DNA of 63,988 bases, filler included, from Klebsormidium nitens (Eukaryota; Plantae; Klebsormidiophyceae): assembly GCA_000708835.1 (NCBI GenBank). It is 7 parts of 7 records of this genome, joined end to end, with 100 filler letters (N's around TTAATTAATTAA, not from the genome) between each part and the next. Parts side by side here need not be neighbours in the genome. Positions count along the whole stretch, not along the records: positions 11,406 to 41,961 come from DF237769.1; 6 more parts are not named here. The stretch is one strand, 5' to 3'. Numbering within the stretch: the first letter of the stretch is position 1; each line of letters begins with the position of its first letter. Below, piece by piece: positions 11,938-25,725 of this stretch. The position numbers and the translations under genes are program-made. The notes below the pieces were generated by a model. That model had not been told where the DNA came from. It did no database searches and was given only the letters and a program-made list of their open reading frames with translations.

Positions 11938-14900
11938 ATGGAGAACGATGTGCCTGAAGAGGCTGCCCCGCTGACTGGTATTGATGAAAAGGGCCAAGGA
12001 GCGAGGGCACGTGGGCGGGGGCCTCTCGTGAGCAGGCTTGCGGACACACCGGCTGAGATCAGCCAGGGGGCCAGCGTAACGAACGGCGAGACGACAGCTG
12101 TCGGCAATGCGGGAATCGTGAGAAGTGAAGCGGGACAGGCTTTGGTGGGGGGCAATGTGGCAGGGGCGCAGGCCCATGTGGCTAACGAGCCCGGGTCTTC
12201 TACGAGTTCCGATTATGGGTCACATGCGGCCCCAATGCTACCCCGGCCGGTAATGGGGGAGGCTTTGCAGGCGAAAGGCCACGTTCTGACAGGTGGCGGG
12301 GGTGTGACAGGTGTCGGAGGTGCGCGAAGGTCATTTGATGTTGTGGGCACATCTGCGGATGCACGACCGGGGTTAACCACAGCGTCAGCATCGCACGGAG
12401 AGCGAAAGGACAAGAATGTGGGTCCCTTGGCTGCTTGCAACGGCAGACTTTTCTTTAATGAAGTGCGGCATCGAGCTATATCAGCGCGTTTGCTATTAAA
12501 GACGCCTGTACGTTTTGGAAGAAACACATAAGACTGTTTTTTACCCAGAAATTGGGGAATTGCGAGCAGCTTCGCCAATGCATGCCGCGCAATGTGTGCG
12601 GTGATCCATTCAATGCTTCTTTCGCTTGTTCAGCACAAGTGAAGCAGGCAATGCTGCAATGTGCCCAAGAAGTGTAGATCAGCACTCTCCGCAGTGTCCG
12701 ATTAGTTGAGGTAGGCTAAAATAACCTCCTGATGGATGCAGGTGGTCGCAGCGATACGGGCCCTGACTCGGACGACAACAGTCGAGGAAGTTGACGGGAA
12801 GAAGGATCCTTTGGATACTGGAATCATAGTGCAGGTCGGTTTCCGTCGGCTTTCCCCTTCCAGTCGGAAGCGGCTGCAAAGAAGAGTCTGAGACGGTCTG
12901 CTTGGGCGTGATTGCGGGAACATGTATCACCCAGATTGAAGGCTATTGCGACCGCCATCCTTCTGCTTCCGTAAACCGTGATCCTCATTGTTGCCCCACC
13001 TTCCCTCTCGTTCTGGTGGCATACCGAGAAGAGTCTACATTCCACGTCTATCAGCAATGCTTTTCCAGATTGTCACTGATAGATCGTCACTAATTTTTTA
13101 CGACACATATTCATGGCAAGAGTCCTGGCCCCCACACCAAGCGATCCAGCCTCCGGCCCTCAACTTTAGCCGACCCTGAAATTGCGAATCCATGTGCTCC
13201 CCCTTGAGCCTGTATAACCTGAGCTAGATGACACCTGCTCTTGCTTCTTGATCCTTTCTCCAGATAAAACAGGCAGTGATGCCTTACCGCATGCCCTGCC
13301 CATTTGATGCCTGTACTCCAAGCACATAGCAGCACTCCACTTTTCCGAGTTGAAACACACGCTCACCCTCCCTTGTTGCGCAGTTCCGTGAGGTCGAGTT
13401 CCACAAGCCGGTGCGCCTGATGAGCAAGCTGGTGTACGGCATCAGCCGGCGGCTGCCCAGCGGGGACGGCATGCGCCGCCGCCTCCTGCACAACGTATCG
13501 GGAACGGTGCGCCCCGGCCAGTTCATGGCCATCATGGGGCCCGAAGGTGCGCACCTGCTCTCCCTTTCAAAGTTGCATCTTTTCCATGTTTGTTCCCAAA
13601 GTATTTCCGAACATATGCAGCACCCAAAGTGGGGATCTAACTTACCTGGCCCTCGTTTGATGTTTGAATGTGCGCGAACCTTGGCTGCGCCCTTCGCCCG
13701 CTGTTCATCCTCTTTGGTCGATCATGGTTGAGGTCTCGGTTGAAGCCCATGTTGTTGTCGGTTTGGATCTTTCTGGGGGTTCGGCTGCTAGTCTTTCTGG
13801 ATTGGCCTGTATACTCAGATTAAACAACCCCGTGGGCCTTTTGATGTCCCTCTCTCTGCAGCCCCCATAAGGGGGCTCATTTTAGTGGGTCATGCAGGAG
13901 ACAGTTGCGCCTGCGTGCTATGGCTTTCGAGATTTGCATTAGAGCTACGTTGTCCTTATAGCTACGAGATACTGCCATTGGAGCTATGAAGCTGCCGGCT
14001 TGGGACTGTAAAACGAGTGCAGTGCACGAATGGAGCAGTCAAGCTTGAGCAGCTACACGTCGGCAATGGTTTTGCGTCCTCGTGTTGCGGGATACAACAG
14101 TCCGGTGCACTGGAGGCTGACGCGACACCAGCCAGAAGCACAAAGTGATCTATGGTTTGAACCGAGTCAAGAAGGCAGGAACGAAATTTGGGAGTTCATG
14201 AATCACAGGACTCGATCCGGCAAGTTGGATGCCTCCTCTAAGCTCGACAACGGTACACCGATTGCTCCTGATTCTCGAACTCTTTTCCATCATAGAAGTG
14301 CTGGCAGAACCCTCTCGGCCCCACCGCCTCTTGCTCATCAACACTTCGGCTGATGCAGGTGCGGGGAAGACTCTGTTCTTGCAAGTGTTGGCGGGCAGGG
14401 TCAAGGGCTACAAGGGGCACATCACATACAACGGTGAGAGCTCACTTGGGTAGCATCCGTACTTCCTTTTGTAGCTCTCGAAGAGTCCGACCTCTTCCCG
14501 ACCACAGTCAACTGTTTTGAGTTTGATTGTCTCATGCTCTGAAATATCCAATCCTCGGGGGCACATTCTATTTTGAATATCAGGGACAGTTGCATGGAAG
14601 GCAGTGCATCAGTGGGGGGTAATTGCAATTTGCGAAAATTAATATTGCCATTGTCAGCCCGCAATCCAGACGGCCATTCTAGGGACTACATGGCCGGGGA
14701 AATGAAAACAAATTTTTCCTTCGTTCCCTGCAGGCGTCTTTGTTCAAAGCGGCGCACCCAAAACTTGGTCTACGTCGACTTGCTGATACTTCCCCGTAAT
14801 CTCAATATCTAGATATAAGCAACGGCGATGCCTTCTATTTCCTCCGTTTGCAAGCAGATTCTCACAGATCTTTCACCTCGCGTCTCCGCAGGCGCCCCGT

Positions 14901-17900
14901 TCTCGAAGCGGCTGACCCAGAAGATGGGCTACGTCGACTTGGAGGTGGCCGCGCTGCAGTCCAAGCTGACGGTCAAAGAGATGCTGCTGTACGCGGCGCG
15001 GCTGCGCATGCCGCAGGCAACGGAGGAGCTCGACCGCATCGTGCGCATGGAACACGTCATTGACTCCATGGACCTCCAATCGTGAGCGGGGCTCTTTAAT
15101 CTGTGACGGGGCATTTACGCTTCTCTATTTTCAGATAATAAACCTGTTCCTCGCTTCGGTAGGTTTTTAACGGGGACATCTGTAGCACTTCTTAGCTGCA
15201 CTTCTTAGATGCACGTCGCATCCCTCTAATCAAGTTCTTGATCCTGCGTTCCTTTTAACTTGAGGTTCGTGTATAGATACAAAGCCGCCTGGCAGGTTCT
15301 TTGAAAACGCTTTACATTCTACTTACTCACGGGCGTCGCTCACTGACCACTTTTGACCACTTCGGTTGCCATGCTTGGTATTCGATGCTTGAGACAGGGC
15401 CTCTGACGTGACACTCGGGGAGCGGTCAAGCGCTGCCTTAGTTCCGGTTGACCTCTGGGCAGAAGGAGTCGTGCTCATCGGCAGCGCTACTTCTACTTTA
15501 AAGTTATATCAGCTGCAGGCTGCAAGTCGCGTGCTCTCAGGCATACTTTCTCCGCGTCATAGCTGGGCAGTCGTAAAGCTCGTGGCACTCTCGAGATACC
15601 GGAGAAAACTGCTGATACCCGCCCTTCAGCAGCCGAAATTCAAAAACAACTTCAATAACCCCGTCGTATTGCCATTCCAGAGTTACGCGCCCGGGTGTGC
15701 CATGACTCTGTTCAATCATCTCCGACTGGCAAAGCACGTTTCCTCTCTAATATCCGTTGGGCTGTTTTCAGGTGCGCCAACGTGCTGGTGGGGCGGGCGC
15801 TTACCAACGAGAAGCTGCGGCTCCTGATCGCGGTCGAGATGGTCATGAACCCCACGCTCCTGGTGCGTGCCACGTGGCAGCCGCCTCGCTCCTTCGCTCG
15901 CCCTCGAAACATCATTGCTGATCAAAGCATCCGTCCACCATATCTCCGCTCTACTTCCGGCAACACCTCAGCCCGTATTTGCAAATGTAGCCCTCCGCCG
16001 TCTCTCGTTTCTAGTCCCAGCAATACCTTGGCTTGTCGAATATAGAATTGGCCGGGAGATAGTTTCAACTCTAGGTACGATCCCAACGTGGTCAACTCCG
16101 TCCCAACAACTTGCCTGATCATTTACCGCTTCTGAACTCAACGGTCAACATGGATTCCGGCGCCACTTGTTGCTCAGCCCGGGCGTCCCTCCATTCTGGT
16201 CCCTCGCTCGTCAAGCGCTGCTGGCATACCGAAAGCAGAGCCGTCGAACGTGCTCGGCTGAACGCATTGACAAGCTCGGAGGCCTCAACACAACCTCCGC
16301 TGCCCAACCTTCTGAATTGTATCTTCAATGCTGCGCAGTTGCTAGACGAGCCCACGAGCGGCCTTGATGGCGCATTGGCGCTGCGCCTCACCCGAACCCT
16401 GGTACGTTCGTTGGTCAAGTTTCGTTTGGTTATCGTTATTGACCACGATTTCTAATTCCGCTTTAGTCGAGCTGGGAAGCGGGGTCTGACCAGTAGCAAC
16501 AACGACGGTGCTTGCGGTTGTTGCCTGGGTTCATACAACAATAACAATAATGTCATTCTGGAAACGTGCGGAGGGTTTGCGATTACCCACTGAGGCCTCC
16601 TCTATTTCGAAATGCTGGACTTTCCAACTCTTTCTGACAAGATCATGTGCACTAGCGGGTTGGGCATAGTGTCCTTGCATCTTATGTTCGAAGAACTTGG
16701 CGGCCCTCGTTTCGGCAATTCGGGAGCCCACCGATGACGCTGTCAGTTTCTTTGTGCAGGCTGCGTATGCTGCCACAGGGCGCACTGTCATAGGTAAGGC
16801 TCTCGCGGGGCCGCCCCTTGAGCTTCCTGACTTCCAACTTCCGGGTTCAGATCCGTGCTTGTGTCCGCATCGAGAAGTTCAAAAAGCTACTCCTTTCTCG
16901 CTAGACATGCGCAACTCCAGAGAAAACCGTCCATCCTTTTCCATCACAGCCTCTCTCGTGAGAACGTTGGCCTATCAGCGTCTAATTCTCACCCATGAAG
17001 TCGCAGAAGTTGCCCCCACCTGGAGAATTCGCAACAGAACCGGTGGTGGGTTCTGAGCGGTGCACAAAACAAGCATTAGACCTGCTGTCGAGTTTTCCTT
17101 TGATGATACATGCGGAGCGAGCTTGTGCCGTCTCCTCATTCTGTATTAACGGGGCAATTGCGCTGACTTTCAGTGTGGCTGTGGCCTTGCAGCGACGATG
17201 AAGCAGCCCAGCAACCGCGTGTTTGGCATGTTCGACCTCGTCCTCCTATTGGCCCAGGTAAGCCCCCGCACAAAACGCTTCTTTCCCGTTTAGAAGGAAT
17301 GCCTCCGGTAGATTCTGCGCGCCAACGATGCTTGCAGCCGTTGTAAGCCGGGCGAACTCGTGTGTCCCCTTTCCGAAGCGTCACGGTCATACGCCCAGAA
17401 GCTCGCAAATCCAAATAAGATTATTCTGCTCGCATTGTCACGGCCTGATTGCATGCGATGTCTGCATTCCCTCCTCCCGCTTCTTCTAAACCCTCCAACG
17501 CGAAACCAACGAGCAGACCCGCTGTCGCTTCTAAGCTTTGGTTAGATCGCTCCCTGATCTTCCCTTTTCTGTATTCAGGGGAACCCCATCTACATGGGCC
17601 TGGCCGCTGAGGCCCTCCCCTACTTCGCGTCCATTGGCCACAGCCCGAGCGCGGGCGTCAGCCCCGCAGAGTACCTGCTGGACCTAGCCGTATCGGAGCC
17701 AAGCGACGGGTGAGCCAAAAGCCAGTACCAAAGTGAAGCCCGACTCGAGCTCAAAATCCAGGAAACACGTGATTCAAAGAGTGGGATCGAGTGTCTTGGT
17801 TGGACAGACGGCCTGTCGCAGCAGTGTGTTGAAGTGCCCTTCTTTTTCGCCCTTCGGGATTTCGATGCTTTGGTAAGCGTCGGTCGCAGCCCTTGACCGC

Positions 17901-20900
17901 GGGTCGAGCCATACGGGCTCGACGGTGGATGTTCGTCTCCTCTCCACTATCTTCGCAGCAAACTCGTTATCGTCGCGCATATCAACTTTATGCGGTTCCA
18001 CCCCACACAGCTGGCCCCCATTCTCGCGTGTCGTACACTTCGGCACGACGCTCAAACTCCTGTCCGATCCACTTCGGCACGACGCTCAATGGATTTCCTT
18101 CCTTCCACTCCCTTTACAAGCAGACACTGAATCAGCCGCGCCACAATTGCCACGACTTTACCACGTCTCTGCTTATATAAACCAGCGTTCCGTTTTCGCA
18201 GCTCGATTCACTTCGGCACGACGGTGAACTTGATGCGACTGTGGGCGAAGCGCCAGGAGGCGGAGCGGAATCAGCAGAGCGACGAGGCGCCCCCCGGGGC
18301 GGCGGCCGTGAGCGGCGGGGTGCGATGGCAGACCAGCTGGTGGTTCCAATTCCAAACGCTGCTCGCGCGCGGCTTTAAGGTGGGCGGGTGCTGAAATAGT
18401 CAGCTTGAGCTCCGCATGCCATTTCGCTTTGGTTTGCATGTTGAGAAAGCTTGACGTTTGCAGGATGATCAGCGAGCTTTTGATCAGAGTCGGCTATGCA
18501 CAACAAATGGGTTTGTCTAGACTTCTCGTTGAAGCCCGTCCGCATGTTGGAATCTCTTTGCTTCTTTGATCAACGGTTTGAGGTGGTTGAGGAGTGGGGC
18601 ATAACGAAGAACCAAGCAGTCTGTGCATTCGGAGTCCTAGCTTAAAATCTGGCCCTACAAAGTTACGGATACGATCTCCGCGCAGGTTTCTGACCCCTTC
18701 TTCGAGTCGCTATGGCTACGGATGTCGTGCAAACGTTCGCACTGCTTTTTGCGTGTGCCCTTCCATCTCAGCGCATTGCAGATTTTGATCCTGGGTCGAA
18801 CGTCTGTCGATCTCTCAGTCTTCAGAGTTCCGGGTTTAGCAATGAGGGGGTTCAAAGCACCAGCTTTTCGCTGCTAACTCTTCGCACTGCATCCATTACA
18901 GGCGAGCCAGATGGACTGGTACACGCGCGTGCAATTGGCGTCCGTCATTTTGCAAGCGCTCCTCATCGGCTGCTACTGGTACAAGCGGACTGACACCTAC
19001 GACGTGAGACACGGCTGAAAGAATCCAGATTTCCTTCACGACGCTTCACCTTGCGAGGGAACCGTTGCTGGTTCGGCGACTTGACTGTTGTCTGCGTCAC
19101 ATCCGATAGACTTGCGGTCTCTCCCTTATGTGTGCTTGTCAGACGTTTGCTTTCGGAGAAGAGTCGTTTACGAATGGCAAAGGGCAAACTGCTCTACTTC
19201 TTCGAGGGGGAGTATTTCTGCGAAAGTTCCGTTCGGCGAGAGTACTCGGCTTGTCACTGTAACCAAAACTTGGTTCAGCCCTGACGTCGCTTCTCCGGTT
19301 GGGCGCTTATGTGGTTCCACGTTTGTCACATCTTGGCCAAAGGGTTCCGGATCAAGCGAAGAACCCTCAGTCCAAACCGACCCAATCTTAAATGCTCAAC
19401 CGACGACCTTCGCCCGACCGCAACCGGTCGTTGAGAAGACCTGAATCAAGCAAAGTGAAGCACGGTTCTAGTGCTTGAGCGCCGCGCCTTTTTATGGCGC
19501 AGGGCATCCGCGACCAGGCGGGGCTGCTGTTCTTCACCATCTTCTACTGGAGCCTCATCCCCAGCCTCACCTCCACCGTCCTCATCAACCAGGCAAGCCA
19601 AGATGCCCCCCTGCTCTTTGAGAGCCCCTTGGACAGTCCTGCGGAACTGTTTTCCGAAGGTTGACATCGCGTGTCAAGAGGCTGTGCAACTTTTGCAAAC
19701 CGACGGACTGCACACGCGTGGTGAAAGCCCAGCTCGGGAGATTCTTGCTGTGAAGCTCTCCGCTGTCAGCATACGACTTGAGTGGATCGAGCTGATTGTC
19801 GTCGCCAACTGAGTGTTGCAGTTTCGGCGAAGAAGCCCGCAGTGTCATACTGCCCAGTCTACCTGCTCGAAAAGGGCTTTGGATCTCTTAGACCAATAGG
19901 ACGTCAGCTATCTAGACTGTGACGTCAGCCTGGCGTCGTGCTGGTGCAGGTGAAGCCGCTGCTGGCGCGCGAGCAGGCGGGCGGGATGTACCACATCAGC
20001 GCGTGGCTGTGCCACCACTACGTGCTGGAGACGCCGTACGAGATCGGGGCGCCCCTCATCTTCTGCGCCATCACCTACTGGTGAGCCCGCTCTAGTTTTT
20101 TCGGTACGAGACTCTCTGTCGCCCATTGCTCACTGACTTCGATAGGAACATCTCTTGTCAAAGGCCCGGACATCCCCCACCGATTCTTCTCTACCTAAAA
20201 GATGTGATCGAAGCGCCCATTATCTTCTGCGCCATTACCACTGGTGAGCCCGCTCTAGTTCCCCTAATCCGGGTCTCTCTGTACACAAACTGCTCGTTGA
20301 GTCGTTCTGAAAAAGTTCGTTTCAAAGTCCTGGACATCGACATCTGATCAAATCCGCTCATCACATGCAAGACTGCCATGGGTTAGCCTGATTGGAAAGA
20401 TAAGAACACTGAGTTCCAGGTTGAGTTCATCTACTCGACGTAGGAATGCAAGGGCCTTGGTTGGGGCTGACGCTTCACCCTTCTCCCCCGATTCCCGTGG
20501 TTCTGAAACTCTTCTCTCCAGCTCCTTCGTGTTACCCTCGTTGCTCTCGAAGTTCGTCCTGAGCCTTCCTACCACTTTTATTCTTTTAGTACTAAATCCC
20601 TTTTCGTGAGATCCTCTGCGGTCTTCCACGAACCTTAACCTGACACACTCTTCACTCTCTGTTATTTCTCCAGGATGGTCGGTCTCAACCCCGGCTTCGG
20701 CGAGTTTGTCCTCCACACCCTCCTCACCATTCTCAACACCATGGTCGCATCCGGTCTCGGGCTCGCCGTCGGCGCCTTCTGGGGCGAGATCAAGACCGGG
20801 GTGCTCACGGGGTGTCTGCTCATCCTCGCTTCCCTTAACGTCACCGCCTTCTTCAGCCGGTTTCCCCCTCACTGGATTGGCTGGTGCCAGTACCTCAGTT

Positions 20901-21127
20901 TTACTACGTACACGTATAAGCTTTTCCTGCGGCTCAACTTCGACCGGAACCACCGTTACCGGTGTTCCCAACCGCCGCTTTTTGTGTGCGACATTCACCA
21001 GCATCCGGAGTTGACCGGGTTTGATAACATCTCGGGGGGGGGCGCGGTCGAAGCCGTGATCCTAGTTTTTATGTGCTTCCTCTACCGCTTCCTTGCATAC
21101 GCGCTGCTGCGGTATAAGTACAGGTAG
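11938..21127 (+). CDS. ABCG (WBC-type) half-size ABC transporter with NBD-TMD order and degenerate signature/H-loop; first exon tentative
   Basis: The exons give LLHNVSGTVRPGQFMAIMGPEG|AGKTLFLQVLAGR (13384-13546, 14359-14433), MGYVD...LTVKEMLLYAARLR (14892-15081) and VMNPTLL|LLDEPTSGLDG (15772-15862, 16339-16401). They continue with ATMKQPS...FDLVLLL (17193-17257), WWFQFQTLLARGFK, AREQAGGMYHISAW and the final ABC2 membrane exon MVGLNPGFGEF... ending at 21127. Confidence 0.92.
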
Positions 21128-22911
21128 CGAATAACGAACTGTACGGAAGTATAGGTAATACTACTTGAACTGCCCTGTTGCACAAGTTGGGGTCGTCAAC
21201 ATTCATACAAGAACTTTGAGTTGTACAAATCGGTAAAAGAATTCGTCGTTGTTATCAATAAGTTAGATCAGTTATTAGGCCCCTAAGGCATTGAACGTGC
21301 CCCTTAAAATCTGGCAAATACGGGGCCGTCTTGATTTTTAGTACCTACAAAAGCGCCACCGTGGCAAGAAAAAAATAGTACGATTCGTGGAACTGAATTT
21401 GAATATACTCACTGGCGCGGGCGCAGCAGGCAGCTTAACGGCCCATGGACAAGCGTGTGTACTAGTCCTTGCGTTTTTCCTGTAAGAGTCTGGCTGTATC
21501 CGACCATTTCCTGCAGGCATCAATTGTTTGATCACATGGCCACTGACTAGACATACTAATGATCAGACGCAATTGTGCCACCGAAACGAATATGATATCT
21601 TGAGTCAATGAGTCAACGGATATGAGTCTCACTTTGCTCCATGATCGATACTGAGTGCACGGTACCTTGGCATGTTATTTGCACGAGAGCTTCATTAGAC
21701 CATATTGCAATATGCATTTATTTATTTATTTATCATTATTAACGTCGGTTCGGAGCCACGTGATCGGCTTAGTCGACGAATCTATCTATTGAGTCCTTGC
21801 ATCATACTAGCTCTCCTTTGATTGCTAAGATGAATGAACCGGCCTATAGCGTAACTGTCCTGTAGGTTCAGAAACTCGATCGTCTAGGCGTCTATTTGCT
21901 CATGGTGGCCGTCAAAGATGAATGGAAACTCGGTTCTTAGGTTGCAATATGCCGCGAACAGTCGAAAACGAAATGAAGTTCGTCTTCGACTTTGCCCGAG
22001 TTACAAACTAATAACCTCCTTTCACTTCGAGCTATCCTTTGCCAAGACCGTCCCGGTCTCTATGGCCAAGTTATGGGCGCCTATCATGTACGGTAGTGCA
22101 ATGATGCTGCACGCTTAACTTAGCCTGTGCGCGCGGCGCCCGGTGCGCTTTCGCATCACATGGCCGGCGGCTGCCCTTGACTTCACTGAGTGCCAAGCTA
22201 GCTGTGATTTACCGTATATGGTGGCTGCTTAAGAGCCCGCAAGTCACTTATACTTCATGTTGTGTTTGCATCAGACTCGCTATAGAAGCGCACCTGCCGC
22301 CTCGTACAGGCTTGCGTGCCGGCACATGTATGGCTTATGCACGTATACGGCCTAGTGCATGTGCGCGATAGCACCCCGCCCGGGGCCGTGATACTTACAT
22401 TAGCTAGATAGTTACACAAAGTTGGATATAGCTAGTCCATGCTTGAGTGATGATGTGCGCACCGTCGCACAACTATCCAACTGTATGTATGATACATGCG
22501 AACTTGCAAATATGAGTAATTGGAAACTTCGATTGCGCGCTCAGTTTTACTTTTTCGGTATAAGCGAAGACTGCAGATTTCAAACTTAGATAGCACTTGC
22601 ATTGCCAGTAAACTTAGGTTACGACGCTTATCGCTATTGCGCACTCACGCTTTGCTGAAGCTACCATGCAAACAAGTTGGCTACGGTGCACCTCAACCGA
22701 ATCTTGACCCGGTCGACCAGTAAATTACGAGCAGCGCAGCCGCCCACATGGGCCGGGCATTTTTCGAACCATGACTCAAAAGCTCAATGGTTTGTTGCCA
22801 CTCGAAGCACATGGTGGCACTGAAGCTGGCCGCTGCGATTGCGGCTCAAATACCCGCAAAAAACGTCCAAACACAACGATTAGGTAAGTGAAAGCAGGAT
22901 CCGTCACACAC

Positions 22912-25725
22912 TCACTGCATGCTCTGTTTGCTTGGTGTCCGCGCAACCAGTCTTAGCTGCAGTACCCAGGCATACGCTATCCCCAAAGCACAATAAGTGG
23001 ACACCAGCATCAACGGCAGGAAGGGAAGCTTGCCGCCGAGCAGCGCTGGATGGACCCAGCTCGCGTACAACTCAACGAAGACAAGCCCTATAAGGTAACC
23101 CCGCTCAAGCCACGTCAGCAATCCCTGCTTCCTCGCCTCTGTACCTTCACCACCGCTGACCTGTGCGTCGTGCTCGGGCCATCCTGACGTCACCTCTGAC
23201 CTGTCCGGCGACTTTGCTGACATCAAGTTAGCGGTCTTCGGTTCTGAACTTTGGGGATTGTCTGAGGATCCGGAGAAGTGGTCCTGGAGGCAGGCGGACG
23301 TGGCAAGGCAGTAGAGCGCAGTGAGGAGGACTTTGATGGGGTACTCGCGGGGCTCAAAGAGGAGCGGGAGAAGCGAGAAGTGCGCCACTGCAGAAAAAGA
23401 CACGAAACGACGTGAAGCAGTGCGGCCAAAGCTGACAATCCGTGCTGCTTCAAGGTAAGTTGCCAACTTATAGGCTGTGAACGATCGGAAAACAGAGGTT
23501 ACAAGTGTAGGATTTTGAAGAGCGGCCAATAAGAGTGCAACGCCTTGGAGTCGCGGAATTGACGCCTAGATCCCGAACTTTCGACTTCAAAAGTATGTCC
23601 CAGATCCGACTCAAAACTACATGGTAAAAGCTGCCAGATCGATCGACCTACCCGAAGGGTCTGCAACAAGTATGAGCAAGCCAAAGAGAGACCTCCGCAA
23701 CGTTTCGATTCGATGAAAACGACCGCAACTTTTCAATTCGAATAAGATGACTGAGAGAAGCCTTGAGATGAAACGCCAGGATGCGAACCAACTTCGGCTC
23801 ACCCGTAGAGAGAAAAAAGTAGCGGCCCGCTTCTTCCGGAGACTCCACCGCCAAAAGCGCCAGAGGCACGACGGCCGTCAGGATCGCCTTTTCATGGACG
23901 TGCCACCCGAACATAAAACCGCATAAGTACGAATACGCAACGCAGCGCAGGAACTCGGAAGGGCGGGGGTTGCGCCAGATGCGCACGAGGCAGGGGAGCA
24001 AGGACAGCAGCACCAGAAGGGCGGTCAAGAGGGGGGTCACCTGCGCATACGTTTGACCGGGGGGGGGGTGGAAAGGCGTCCAATCTATCTGTGGTACATA
24101 ATCGGGCAAGTGGCATGGACTGTGGGAATGTGATCAGGTGCAATATCAGGACTTCGAGATCTGTGTTTGAGTAGAGAGGCTTGAGTAGGGAGTTTATAAA
24201 GATGATCGGCTTTATAGAAAAGGTTGATGCAGGACGTTGCCTTTGAGGATTCGTATTTCGTAGGTCAAAAGAATCGGAATCGAGATGTTGAATCCTTCCA
24301 GAATCGGGCCTCCATATTTCCAATGTGAGGGAATCCCCAATTGGATAAGGAATCAATAGCGACTTCGAACAAGGGGCCAAATGGTCCTAAACGACCACTC
24401 TGAGTCCAGAGAAACAGACACACAAAAACCTTTCGCAGGGTAAGTAGTCCGCAATTCCTTTTCTGTCCTGATTCTTCAACAACCGGCATACTATACAGAC
24501 TTCCCCTCAGTGGTAACAAAGGGAGGCTAGACTTTATGCCAGATCTCAGCAAGGAAATGTATAGGTCGATTCACTTTACGACGGTGCACTGCAAGCCAAC
24601 TCACAGCGGTGCACTGCAAGCAAGAACGCTAAGCAACCTAAATCAAGCTCACGCGCGCGTAGAGCAAATGAAGGCTTTTCATGGCAGAAATTCAGCTGTC
24701 TTACAGTCTGCCGTCTCAATTGTTTCAGATCAGTATTGCTACCTCGGGTAAGAGGAAGCAAGACCAACCTTCAAGCCGCACAGATTTCGCATACCACGCC
24801 AACAAAGTAAGTTGCTTACCTCAGGCAGAACAACATGTCCGCCAGACTCCCCGACCAATCCCCCAGTAAGTGCCCCTGCCCTCTCCGCCACCCTTAGTCC
24901 CATCTTCCGTGCCACCACTGACATCACCTTATCGGCACTATTATACAAAGCCCATGCATTTGGCGCCCAGTAAGCGTGCGTCAGCCCCCGGCCAAAGGGG
25001 AACAACCGCAACATCACTTGCGGTATCTGCTTGTAATATACAAAGGGTCCAAATGCTGCCCCGATCACTGACAGCACGGATGCCGCCAACACGACAAAGC
25101 GGACAAACTTCCGAGGCCCTCGACAGTAGTGGCGTAGTAAGTACACGAAATAGACAGGTCCCGCAACCATGAAGAGATGCTTGCTGCACAGCAGGGACGC
25201 AAAAAGAACACCACCAAGCACATCCCGCCCGCTTTTGATCAAGCCAATGCTCAGAATCAACAGCCCCAGCAGAACGCCGTTGTACTGGAAGTGAATGTGG
25301 TCGACCATGATGAGACCTGGGGAGAAAATGACCGCACCAGCGGCAAGCGCTCGCTTGCTTGCTGGAAGACTGCACGCATAGTTGTGCACGGCGAAGAACA
25401 AAAGCACGTCGCTCAGCATGACTGTCGCTCTCATGTACAAAACCGCCATGGGGGCATCATACTCCAACCCCTTCTTCACGTCCACAATCAGAGGGTCAAC
25501 TAGAGGCGCAGGGAGGGCCAACAGTTTCTGAAACCAGGCAAAGAGGGGAGGGTAGTCGAGGGTCCAGGGAGAGGTTTCATCAAGGTACCACTGTTTGACG
25601 GGCAGGGAGTGCGTGATGGCCAGCCAGTTACGGTGGACCTCAAAGTCAGTGCTGTGGTAAGACGGCACCAACAGGAGCTTCAAGCAGGTGACGGCCAAGG
25701 CTATCCACAGGATGGAAGGCGCCAT
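22912..25725 (-). CDS. ALG8: Dol-P-Glc:Glc1Man9GlcNAc2-PP-Dol alpha-1,3-glucosyltransferase ALG8, three exons
   Basis: The motifs are SYHSTDFEVHRNWLAITHSLP, WTLDYPPLFAWF, DHIHFQYNG, RLFPFGRGLTHAYWAPNAW and FMFGWHVHEKAIL. The ATG is at 25725 and exon 1 ends at 24820. Confidence 0.95.

Noticed and set aside
21500-22860. Intergenic region with short GC palindromes, similar in style to ~5330-5360 and 34700-35700
   Set aside because: No alignable repeat, terminal repeat or RNA-gene structure could be established by eye.
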